This document shows, piece by piece, positions 40,207-52,700 of a stretch of 64,000 nt of DNA. The position numbers were made by a program, and so were the translations under genes. The stretch is from Amphiscolops sp. MND2022 (taxonomy: Eukaryota), in the NCBI GenBank assembly GCA_964187785.1, contig OZ076409.1, forward strand, positions 83,330,001-83,394,000, in the 5' to 3' direction. The stretch's first letter is position 1. Each line of letters begins with the position of its first letter. The notes beneath the pieces were generated by a model. The model was not told the DNA's origin. It was given only the letters and a program-made list of their open reading frames with translations, and did no database searches.

Positions 40207-40406
40207 NNNNNNNNNNNNNNNNNNNNNNNNNNNNNNNNNNNNNNNNNNNNNNNNNNNNNNNNNNNNNNNNNNNNNNNNNNNNNNNNNNNNNNNNNNNNNN
40301 NNNNNNNNNNNNNNNNNNNNNNNNNNNNNNNNNNNNNNNNNNNNNNNNNNNNNNNNNNNNNNNNNNNNNNNNNNNNNNNNNNNNNNNNNNNNNNNNNNNN
40401 NNNNNN
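40207..40406. other. Assembly gap (200 N)
   Basis: Run of N. Confidence 1.
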
Positions 40407-41099
40407 TATCAACTTGAACTAAGAATGTCCAAATCATTCTGTAAACGTCACAACCTCGTCCAGAACAAAATTGACGTCCACAACCTCGATATCATAATAA
40501 GGTTCCCCCCTCTTTGGCTCCTTCCGTGTTTTGATTTTTTACAGTGTTTTTCGGCGCAATGAGACTGTTCGGTACTCTCCTTTTTTGTCAGATTCTAGGT
40601 CTCTTCAAAAAGTATCCATCGAAAATTTTTTTCAACATTTCCAGAATTTGGAGGTGGAGGTTCAAAATAATTGCGGTATATTCGAACTATATTGCGTTTT
40701 ACTAAGGAGGAGGTAGACGTACGAAAACAAGCGCTCTCATTTGTCTCAGCACGCTATATCCGATCTTCTTAGGGGTTTTCTGAGTACTAAATGTTGAATG
40801 TATCCTTTGGGTGATTCGAAACCTTTTGTGAGTTTTTCCAAAAAGGTTCCGAGCATCGTATAAAAATATTGCGCTTTCTGAGCTTTGGTATCGCGCCGAC
40901 TTAGAGAGTTCCTCAATTTTTTTTAATTATCCGTTTTGTTATTCGGAATTTGATGTTCAAAGTTCTTACCTGCGGCAATGCATGCCGTCCATTCTTTCAC
41001 CTTTTACTCATTGTCTTTCCGCTCTTCCGGCCTTCAAAAGGACTTGCCTTCAGTTGTGGTTTTTGTTTCTCTATGGTTTCCGACGAAAAGTGAGATGTC

Positions 41100-42990
41100 A
41101 AGCAATCCTCTCATGTCGAAGGGAATAGCAATATATTCATCCACAGAAACCAGGCTTCACTGTATAGAGTTTTCCTAGGAAGGCTGTTTGAAGCATTCCG
41201 CTTCTGTTTCTTTCTCTTCTCTCCATAGCATATCTGAACTCTCATCTTTTCTGGATCGATCGCCATCTTTGACATAACATTTTCAAGTCCAACACAAAGT
41301 CGAACTCAGCTTTTTTTGTCTTTTCTTTGGTCATCTGATTGTAATCGGAAAGCTTTCCACTGCATGATTAATCTGTATGAAGTAGGTTTGCTTGCGTTGC
41401 GAATGTGTTTAGTAAAAGTCGACTACGAGCAAGTTGGCCCTAGTATGATTACACTGTTTTTTCTCGGTCACACTCATTCTTCTACTGGCTGTAGTGACCC
41501 GTATTCGCCTCCAAACTTGTTCACTCTATGTATCAGCTGCATATCTCTTTCCCCTCGCACTTCAATTCTTAGTCTTGACGGTGTAAATACCGTTCTTAAA
41601 TATTGCGGTCTCAGCGAAATTTTCCCGGTTTGGCGAGTGTTGCTCTACCTACCACTATTTTCAAGTTACCGGCTTTTTATCTCGTCAATGACTCCTGTTT
41701 TTGAGGAGACAACTTTGACTTCATCGTCCTAATTTCGGGGTAACCTGTTTTGAATGTTTCACCCACTTGAAATTTCTTCACGCCGCGATGGTTCTGGAAG
41801 GTTCAATTTGATTGTGATTGGTTAATCTTCTGCTCAGTTTTCTTCCCATACAGATAAGTTTTTGCGTGGGTTTCGAAATTCTTGCCTTCTGAGTCGTTGT
41901 AGAAAAACGAACTTTAGTTCGCGTTCTATCCTGTGTACTCGAATAGAACGTTAACTACGTGTTCTTCGTGAAATTTTCCAATGGTTCCGTTCTTTTACCG
42001 AATGTTATTCCAAAAAAAGGTAAAATTTGGGTTACTGACAGCAATATAGTGAACGGCTATACCGAAATTTGCTTGCCGATCCAGCCATCGGGTTGCCCTT
42101 GTGTTATATAACCAAAACCTTCGGTTTCGTTCCATCAGCGGTTGGAAGAATATAAGCTCCATACCTTAGTGTAGCTTCATTTCGTGTAAAAAAACGGTAT
42201 TGCCTTTTCGGTCTTGTGCGAAAATATACTTTCGTAAGCCACTTGTTGGATGTCTCCGGTATTTTGTTGTATTTGCGTATTTCCGAGGCCGGTTCAGCTG
42301 GTGTCCGCAGTAAAATCTTTTTCTGTGTAATGTGCTAAGCATGGTTCTCAGTTAGCATCTGGAAATACGACAAAATTGTTGCCAGTTTTGGTAATGCTCC
42401 GAGGAAAAAGTTTAAGTGTTTGTATTCTCTGGTGATATCACTTTCACAATGGTTCGTTTTTGTTCGTTCTGTTTGATTTTGGGTTTGCTTCTATCTCGTG
42501 TTCCAGCCGCCATTTTGTTTGTCTTCTGAGAAATTAGCATTTTCTTTAGTTTGCCCGGTATTCGGTTTCTCCAATTTGGATAAAAGATCGAAGATATACT
42601 TTTGCTGTCGAAGGTGACTAGTACGATATCATCCAGACAGATCGTTGTGGAATATTCTGGTCGTGTTTCTTGAAACATCGGGGGTGAGTTGATTAGCACG
42701 TAGAACTTTTTTCGAATAAATGATAGTCAAATATTGCGCCGGTGATTGCCATTACGCATTGTCGGCTCGTTTCTCCTGAAACTTTTAGCAGTCGGTGTGT
42801 GTTATCTAGGTCGAATTATCAACGGGATAGTTGCAGTATTCGGTCTCCGGTAATTCTACCAAAATTTGATTCAACCTTTCCTCCGTATTCGTTTAGTGGG
42901 GTCGTGTGCATCTATCATTCAATTTACAGGATTAAGTGCTACTTTCAGACACCTGTCGTTCCGGTATTGACCACAGGTGATACAAAAAGT
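41100..42990 (-). pseudogene. Possible heavily decayed PIF1-like SF1 helicase (Helitron-like relic)
   Basis: Motif remnants in the expected order on the minus strand: TGTTGV*K* (Walker A-like, 42965-42939), ICLDDIVLV (II-like), TGDIQQV (III-like), FPITI and FLGKLYTV (V/VI-like). Confidence 0.35.
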
Positions 42991-43149
42991 TTCATCCACG
43001 TTGTTACTTTTATTTGATATCCTTTTGTTTTTTTTCCTACAACATTTGGTATAGCGGTATTGACCACAAGTGATACAAAAATTTTCATCCACGTTGTTAA
43101 TTTTTTTGATATTCTTTTGTTTTTTTTTCCTATAACATTTGGTATAGCG
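42962..43149. repeat. Tandem duplication of ~94 bp (2 copies)
   Basis: CGGTATTGACCACA.GTGATACAAAAA...ACATTTGGTATAGCG occurs twice. Confidence 0.9.
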
Positions 43150-44583
43150 CTATAGCTTTATGTTTTACAGGATACTGTCGCCGTTCGAGTTGTTTATCAA
43201 CTTCGATACCTTTTTGTTCGATTGTTTTAAAAGCCCGTGAAATTGTTGGATACGTTCAGTTTCTCTGATTGGCTTTTTACTACATTTCGTATTCTCGGGA
43301 ATGTGAGTTTGAACCTTTTTATCCCATCCATTTCGAGTATTGATGGTATGTTTGTTCTTGTGGTTGCTAGCTTTTCGGTTTTTCGCTTCCTACTTCTGTA
43401 TTCAATGTTCATCGGAGTTTTATGAAGAACATTACTTCGTATTTATTTACGTCCTGTTACCGAATTGGTGTTTTTCTGTTAATGGTTCTGTTTTAGCATT
43501 CTTGAGGCGGTATCAATAGTACATTCTTCGTTCATGCCATCTCTTTTGATTGTCGCTGCGTAGTGCTTCTGCTTCTCTTCAATTGTCGTTTTTTAGTTGG
43601 CGCTTTTCTAGTGAAAAGTGCCCGACTATTACAGTGGCTAGTTTTCTTTCTTTTTTTCGTCAGGGTACAATCTCACTTTGATTGGGCCACTTTTCATAGA
43701 ACCGACACTACTAAAACTACTACCATAAGTCCAAGTCCGGTCAGCGCCATCAGTGCAAAAGGGTCCCCCCTTTTATTGTTTACTTTTCTAACGTAACCTA
43801 CGAAACCGGACGAGACTAAAGGGTCCCCCTTTCGATTTTTTTTGGCATTGGGCGACTTTCTTTCGAGAAGTTTTTAACGTCTCAAAAGAGTCCCTCTTTC
43901 GAGTTTTTTTGATATTTTGCAACAATATGTTAATAAAGCCCAAAGGGTCCGACTTTTACATTTTTTGGCACTATGCGACATTTTCTGAAAAAAAATTCAA
44001 AAAATTCAAGGTTTTTTTCCAAAAAAAGTCTTTTGCGCTTTTTGAGCCTTAGATATAGCGCCGATTTTAGACGTTCCGTCTTGTTCGTTTATAATAAGAA
44101 TGCTTTCATCTGACTCTCTTGTTGACTCTTCGCTTCGTCCGTTTGTTTGCATGCTTTTGCCTTATGGTTTTTCTGTCCGCATTCATTGCTGTTCGATTAA
44201 AAAATTTGTGAAAAGGACATCATTTCGATGCTTTGCAAAATCTGTTTTCTTTCTGGTTATCTTTAGTTCTCAATCATCAAACAATTTTGGTTCAGTAACT
44301 AAATTTGGCTGACTGTACCATGATTTATTCTAAGGCTAAAGGTTTGAAAAAGTCTCTACCATAAGTTACAAAAATCACATTTCTGGCAAAATTCTTACAA
44401 GAATTCTTGTAAGATGCATTTTTAGAATCTAACTCTTGCAAAAATCATGCAAGATTTGAATTTTTTGCTCAGAATGATACAAAAACTGCATGAATCCGAC
44501 AATATTTTTGCATTTCCTGCCTCAAAAATTGAACAGCTGCAAAAGAAAACTATCTGTACGCGAAAAATGACACAATTGCTTAT

Positions 44584-44850
44584 TGTACTGACCTACATTA
44601 ATAACCAATAGTATTTAGATGTTTATAGAATGTTCTAGAATGTACATTTATTTGTTTTGAATGATTGTAAATCTCTACTCCTTCAGAGAGATAAAACTAA
44701 TAATCAGTATTCAGTTGACTTCCTTTTTGTTCTACTCCTAACACCTCGGAATAGTTGTAAAAAAGTAAGCTAGCTAGCCTGTCTCTCAGCCGCTTTTAGT
44801 AGTTGCGTATAAGACCATAAAAACAATAACCAACCATTAAAAGCAGCACA
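44584..44850 (+). repeat. 5' LTR (267 bp)
   Basis: Differs from the 3' LTR by about 6 substitutions and 1 indel by manual alignment. Confidence 0.97.
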
Positions 44851-44853
44851 ATT

Positions 44854-44870
44854 TGGTGCAACTTGTAAAA
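44854..44870 (+). promoter_or_regulatory. Putative primer-binding site
   Basis: TGGTGCAACTTG... begins 3 nt after the LTR's terminal CA. The cognate tRNA was not identified. Confidence 0.55.
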
Positions 44871-46457
44871 TTTTTCTCTTGTCCTTTCTCCTGGATGATT
44901 TCTCTTCTCTCAACAATCATACAAATACCACTCTCCATATTTGAAATTCTCTGGAATTGCAGTAAAATCTTTCTAGAATTTCTTGAAAGTTTGGTCTGTG
45001 ACTTTCTAAATTTCATTAACAAATACATCATCGTTCGAAACACAATTTCTCCACTACAACAATCAGTTTTAATATAACAAAATTTCTTCAATACCGGTTT
45101 ATCACGTTTTCTAACACGTTGACACGGTTCTTTTTCCTGTTCTTCTAGCCATACCGGTTTATCACGTTTTCTAATACGTTGAAACGGTTTCATTTCAGAC
45201 TGATTTATCCATTGTGACACAGTTCTGTTTTTCTTCTTTTTCCAGACTGATTTATCCAAAGTGACACAGTTCTGTTCTCCATACTGATTTATCACAGCTA
45301 ATCCGGAAGCTTGTTGAAACAGTTCCTTGATGTTTTTCTGGTTTATCAAGGTTTTCTAACACCTTTGACACAGCAACATTTGTCTGGTTTATCAAGGTTT
45401 TCTAACACCTTTGACACAGCAACTTTCTTCAATCCTGCTATCTTGAACGTCAGGTGGACTCCTGGTGTAATAGTTGACTGAGTGCATGTCCAATTCCGTT
45501 CACCTATAAGCACATACGTCTCAAGATCAACTTCGTGTTGGCAGAAAACCTGGATTTTCTACTTTTACGTTTCGGATCCCCTTTCTACAAAATTTCCTAT
45601 AAAAAAATTTCAGAAATAGACTCTGAAAACAAAAAAAAGGCAACCAAGACTAACTACCGAAAACAACCACGCACTATTCCCTTTCTTTCCCTATTGTCGA
45701 CAAACAATACAAATAAATTCACAAAACTTAAATAATACACATAACTCCAAAAAAATGTTTTCACCAATCAACAAAAATAACAATAACAATAAAACTCAAA
45801 CTTCCCTTAAGTACTTCTAATAATAATAATAATAATTTTAACATAAACCTATAAAACCATTATTTTAACAAAATACAACATACAATTTTCACAACTCTTT
45901 TGCTTTAAAACTTAAAATAAGGCATGTAAATAAAACAAAGAAAGTAAAGTTAGTTTTCTACTTTCAGGCACCCACAATTCCTATTCCCTCCCGTAAGACT
46001 TAGCCAATCAGATAGCCTCACCAGCGTACTCTGATTCTAAGACTGACTAAAAACCTTAGTTAAGTGTAAACGTCTTTAAGGAGAATCGAGAGGACACCGA
46101 ACTACGTTCGAATCTTCAAAATTCTCAAGAAGTAAAAGTAAAAGTAAAAGAAACAAAGATCAAATTCTGATCTTGATCAGTATTGATCAGACTTTAGATA
46201 GTGGACGTTGATTGTTCAGAGTTCCACTCCTTTAGTCTTAAAACACACAACCCACTTAAAATTAAAACAATCTTAGTTTTTCTGGACGTGTCAGTAACCT
46301 TATGTTAGACACCTTAAAGAGATACAGACTTAAAATAACATTTAGTTTCTGTTAGCAATCCTTTGAGGTTGAATACAGATCCTATTGCAACCGCTTATTT
46401 CTTCTCTATCCCAAAATATTAACTTCTCAAATAACTTCAAATTACAATACAACTTTT

Positions 46458-46622
46458 ATGAACCCAAACCAAGAAATTTATCCTTTCAACTTTTACATTC
46501 CACCAATTAGCTCACTTCAAAACCCTACACCAAACGATTTTGAAAGATTAATTGAACGATATCAACGATATTTCTTCTATATCATAAATCAACAAAGAAA
46601 TTACCCAAGAGCTCGAACTTAG
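46458..46622 (+). CDS. Small upstream ORF (54 aa), unknown function
   Basis: MNPNQEIYPFNFYIPPISSLQNPTPNDFERLIERYQRYFFYIINQQRNYPRART*. Same A/C-rich codon style as gag; below the ORF-track cutoff. Confidence 0.4.
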   Translation: MNPNQEIYPFNFYIPPISSLQNPTPNDFERLIERYQRYFFYIINQQRNYPRART

Positions 46623-46670
46623 AAAATCTTTATATAAAACATTCTAACGTTATAACCTTCACATTACAAC

Positions 46671-46784
46671 ATGTGGGAAAAGGTTACCACAGTAGTACTC
46701 ATTACAACATACACGTTTTGTGTCTTATTTATAGTTTGTGTTCTTCTTGAAAAAATACTTACAGTGATAAGAGATAAACTTTAA
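46671..46784 (+). CDS. Small hydrophobic upstream ORF (37 aa), predicted single-pass membrane peptide
   Basis: MWEKVTTVVLITTYTFCVLFIVCVLLEKILTVIRDKL*. The stop lies 2 nt before the gag ATG. Confidence 0.45.
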   Translation: MWEKVTTVVLITTYTFCVLFIVCVLLEKILTVIRDKL

Positions 46785-46786
46785 AA

Positions 46787-49700
46787 ATGTCCTCAACGAC
46801 AACCCCTCTACCTTTCCAAACTCCCACCATTAAAAATGCAAAAGTTGTAAAATTAGAACTAAACCCATTTCTACAAAACATTCTTTCACATTATACACAA
46901 CCACTCCCATTTGAAAATGAACCACACACAATTGAAACAATCCCTCTTATTAGAGAACATTTGGACACATACCTTTTCTATATTAGATATAAAGTTTTAA
47001 CAATCACCGAAGAATACCCAACTTTTCAAATATCCTTTCCTCAACAAAAATTTAACTCATCTCATATATACAGAAGAACAATAAACCCAATAAACCTTCA
47101 AGTTCCTATTAAACAAGTCTTTCATGCTTTTCTAAATAATGTAAAAGACCACAATTTAGCACACGAAATTCCAAAATATAGTCCAAATGCACTCGACGAT
47201 CTTCAAAGATACATAGACAATTTCGACGTAGAAACTATTGAAACATTGGTTAATCCTGAAGACAATCCTCATCATTGGTTACAAACTGATATATTACAAA
47301 TTCAAAATTTCATCTACCACTACTTCAAAGACCTAACATTAAATAACCAAACAATTCCTCAGATCAAAGTAATATCTTTATTTCTTAGAAAATATTTCAG
47401 ATTTTATTACCAATTATTATGGTCTCAACAAGATCAACCTGCTTTTACAGAATTCCCAGATCAATTTACATCAGAAGAATGTTTACCATTCATTATCAGC
47501 GAACAAAATGAACACCCTTATTTTCATAAACCACAATTAATTACAAAACAAACCTTAGATTACATACGTTTCGATCCTCTATTAATTACAGAAAATGATC
47601 TATTCCCAGATAATAGACCTTACCACTATCAACAAAATTCTCAAGATCAACAAAATTTACATTTTAACACTAACAATTCTACTGAAGATGATAACACCGA
47701 TCAAGAAAATACAACCCAACAACAAAATCAACCTGAAAACTATAACGATAATGAGTTTACTACCCAAGAATCTACAATTTCAACACATAATCCATCACAA
47801 ACAGGGACATCAACATCAGTACATACTTACTCCTTTAGAGTTCCAACTAGAGTTATAAATCAAGGACAAAATATACATAGTCCTCAATCTCATTTAGATA
47901 CATCTCCAAACCGTAATATAACTTTTAACCTTCCACATACAGATGACATAAACGATGAAACCCATGATACATTACAATATGATACTATGACTACATCTAG
48001 TGCTCACAATACTTCTGTTAATGTTGCATCCCCAACAAGAACTACCTCTGATTCTACAAGATACATTACTCGACCTAGATATGATCCTCCATCAATTCCC
48101 TCCGCCTTTCGCTCAAACAGATCGACCACTTCTAGCAACAATTTTAATGATAATCCTCAAACTTCCAACCGATATTACGATCCATTTAATTATAACTTTT
48201 ATCCTCCATCAGACACAACTACCAATACGAATATAAGCCAAAACCACTCTCAAATTAATACAATTTCAACAACACAAAACCCCTTCATACAATTATCAAA
48301 TACCAATACGTCCCAGAATATACATTCTCAAAATCGAGGAACCTCGTGTACTTCCAATTCTTATTCTAATATTACACAGAATTCTCAAAGAAGACTTCAT
48401 AATCCTCCACTCACACATATACCAACTGATCCTCTGTATCAAACGCAATCAAATCCAAATCTTAACCCTAATCCTAACCCATTACCATCAAATACAATCC
48501 AACATATACCTCCACCACTCACACAACAATTAGCTCCGCCACCCCAATATTTCCCAATGCCGCAAGATACCTTTATAAACATGTCCGCTTCAATACCAGA
48601 ACCTATGAAACCTTTTGATGGTTTGGACCATTCTTACACCCCTGAAGAATATCTACAACAAGTCGAAGCAAGATTAACCTTCGCCATAGGTGAAGAACCT
48701 CAAAATAATCCTATAAAATACAAATCTTGGCATAATAGACGCATGGCTTACATACAATGTTCATTAATAGGAACAGCTCTCGATTGGTACACTAACCTCC
48801 ATATATCATATAAACAACAATGGAATTCCTTTGTACAACTATTTAAAAAACAATTCTCATCTCAAAAAACTGCTTACTACGCTCAAGTAGAAGCTATGTC
48901 ACTCATGAAAAAGGATAATGAAACAGTTCGCCACTTTGCCCTTAGAGTACAACAATTAGTTAAAAAGGGACGGTGTAATGAAAATGCAGCTACCATAAAT
49001 CTCAAAAATAACGAAATCTTTACAAAAGGGTTACCAAAGAAATTAAAAGATTTTGCCCATAAACGACAAGTTAAACATGTATCAACATTACTTGAACCTT
49101 CAATACCATTTCATACACTTGTTAGACATGTCGATTCAGAAGATATTGCTAATGAAAAAATCAGAACTAACGACTTAGCCTTAGAAATAAACAAAGTATC
49201 GCTTGAAGAAGATACTAACAAAAAAGAATTTGAATACGAAGATCAGATAATGGTTACTCAAACTGGAGACCCAAATAACAAAAGCAAACCAGCGTATAGA
49301 AAATATTGTTCCTATTGTCATAAAAATAATCATAGTATTTCAAATTGTTATCAAAAACAACGTGATGACGAATACCAGAAATACAATAACCAAAGATCAC
49401 GAACTCCTCAACAATCCTTTGTACAATATTTCCGTAGTAAACCTAATAATCCTCAGGAAAATCGAAATGAAAATACAAACTCTTATTCCTCAGATAATGA
49501 TCGTAATAAATACAATCAAAACTACTATAATGATAGATACAAAAACAATGATAGATATCGTAGCAATAGTAGAGAATATTCGCAAAACAACTATAGATCA
49601 AACTCTCGACAAAGATATCATAATCGATCCCGAAGTCCGTATAGATCTCGATTTGATAATTATTATCAAAGAAGAACTCCATCTAGATCTCCATATAGAT

Positions 49701-52700
49701 CTCCATACAGAAATAACTCAAATTACAGATATAATTCTCGCTCAAGATACAGATCTCGTTCTCAATCACAAGGAAACTCCTTTAAACGATATAATTACCC
49801 ATATAGATCTCCATCAAGACCTAGAGATTTTAGATCAAGATCTAGAACACCCTCAAGGAACAGACAACAAAACAGAATAAATCAAGTAGACGTTAAAACA
49901 CCAAAAGAAAATGATAGTACAAAATTTGAAATCCACACCTGTCAAATGACTGAAATAGCTAATACAATCACCCCTTATAGTTGGTTTTATCCACTATATA
50001 TTCACGCCTCTGAAACAAATGACAACATATTACCTTCAAAATTAGAAATCTTATTCCTTTTAGATACTGGAGCTTCCATATCTGTTTTGAATTTACCAAC
50101 ATTTCATGTAATTTCCAAACAATTAAACATCAATGTTCCAACTAACATCCAAAACAAAAGAGCCAAAACTCTTACAGTTGCAAACCAAACTGAAGTACCA
50201 ATAATACATTATATTTCGATGACTTGTTTCACTGAAGTAAATCACAAAACACGATCCTTCAATATCAATTTTGCCGTAGCAAATATCAAATACAACATTC
50301 TTGGAACACCCTTTTTCAAAAAGCACATCCAAAATATTGATTTTCAACAAAACATTATGACATACACAGAACAACATCCAAAGCTTTCAACAAAAACTAC
50401 ATTTTCTACATTTACAGAAAAAGATTATCCATATATTTCTTACATTTATACTATTAAATGTAAGGAACCAATTCACTTTAAACCAAGGTCAGGAAAAACC
50501 ATACATTTCCCAATTAAAAACTATTCAAATCTACATTTTGAACTCGAAGATAATACGAAGTTCTACCCAACAAACCCATATACACATTTCTTACAAAAAT
50601 TTAAAAATATCTTTCATTTCTTAGACATGATAGTCAATGAAAAAAGCAAAGACTCATGTGCAACTATAATTCAAAACTTTACATCTTACCCAGCTACATT
50701 ACCACAAGGAATTATTGGATATATAGAAATACCGATTACGCAAACAACTCCTCCTCACTACAGAGTTAACGATGTAAATTCACTCATTCACTCTGTAATA
50801 CATGCATATCACCCTGATACGACAACCCCGATTAAACAAAATCCATATACAGATATGAACTTATGCACTAGGGTAATACCACAATCCCTATTAGAAATAA
50901 ACAAGATAGAAATTAACGACCAAACACTTCAACTTCCTATACCTTCTGTTACTGGAAACCTTCGACCCTCAGATAAAATTCGAAAAGATTTCCCTCCATT
51001 ACCCTATTCTACAGAAAACCAACAATTCATAAAGAAATTCAATTTCGAATACTCAGATTTAACCGATACAGAATATGTAAACCTCTGCAATATTCTAATT
51101 AACAACCAAAATTGTTACGCCAAACATAAAAACGACGTAGGAAAGATTTCCACTCCTTTTCGAATTAGAATAAAAGATAATTGTAAACTTCACACACAAA
51201 GACCTTCTAAAGTACCTATCCACTATAGAGATAGACTAAATAAACTTTTACTAGAACTCGAAAAATACAACATCATAAAACAAATTGGTTCAACAACAGA
51301 TGAAAAACATACTATTGGAACAACATTTTTAAACCCTTTAATTATTATTCCAAAAGGAGACGCAATAAAAGTTGTTTTAGACGCAAGACATCTAAACTCA
51401 AACACTAACCAAGAACTTGAATCTTGGCCTATTGAACCTTTAGCTCCTCAATTAGCTAGAGCAAATAAAAAATACAAATCAACTATTGATCTAATGTATG
51501 CATATGCTCATACACCATTAGATGAAGAAACAAATAAACTTACAGGATTTTCATCCGGTGACAAATTATACGCCTTTATCCGTGGATTTTACGGATTAAA
51601 AGGACTTCCAAACTTTTTCACAAAACAAATGTCAACTTTCTTTAGATCACTTATAGACAAACGTTCTGCGTTAGTTTATATAGATGATATTCTATTACTC
51701 GCAAATGAAAAACAAGAAATGTTTGAACTTATAAAAGAATTACATACAATAGCATCTCGAGAAAATCTCAAACTTGCACCTGAAAAATCGTTCTACATGC
51801 TACTCAAAGTAAAATTCTTTGGACATGAAATTGGTAACAACACAATTAAGCCAATTCCATCCAAAATTGAAGCTATTAAAAGAATCCCATCACCAAAAGA
51901 AAAGAAAGATGTTATGCAATTTCTTGGCAGTGTTAACTTTTATTCAAAATTCATTGAAAAACTTCATATAAACCTTAAACCATTGTATACATTACTACAT
52001 GATGATGTTAAATTTCAATGGACACCTGAATTAGAAAAACTATTTCAAAATGTTAAAAACGCAATGACAGCAGACACTGAATTAACAATACCCAACACCA
52101 CGCATCCATTTTTTATAACAGTAGATGCTTCGTTAGTAGGTTTAGGCGCAGTCTTATTCCAAATGAACGAAGAAAATAAGATGAAAGTAATCTCTTATAA
52201 CTCCAGAATTCTCAATACACAAGAACAAAAACTTTCAACTTTAGACAGAGAACTTCTTGCAATAGTTTACGCATTACAAATATATGAATTTTTGATCATT
52301 GGATCTCCTCATCCTATATATCTCTTCACAGATCACAAGCCTTTATTACATTGCTTCGCAAAGAAAGGAAATCTTAGTCCTAGATTCTATAGAGCACAAA
52401 TGCAATTAACCAAATCCTCCAAATTAAAAATCATTCATACCCCTGGAAAAAATTTAACTGTAGCAGATATGCTTTCAAGAACCTTTACAAAAGAACAACT
52501 ACAAGAACACCAATTACGACACAAACAATTCCCACCTCAAATAGATTTCTCTATCATGAAAGATAATCAACTCAAACCAGTACATTATTTAGTAAAACAT
52601 GAAGAAATAAAATATAATCAAAAAAATGATTGTCATCCTATCCTTGCTGATTACGGAGACGATCAATTCTCCATCCGTATAAATAACAAAGGAGAAGATA

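Noticed and set aside
49362..49880. 172-aa Ile/Asp/Leu-rich alternative-frame ORF
   Set aside because: Off-frame reading of the RS-repeat (AGATCT-rich) tract of gag.
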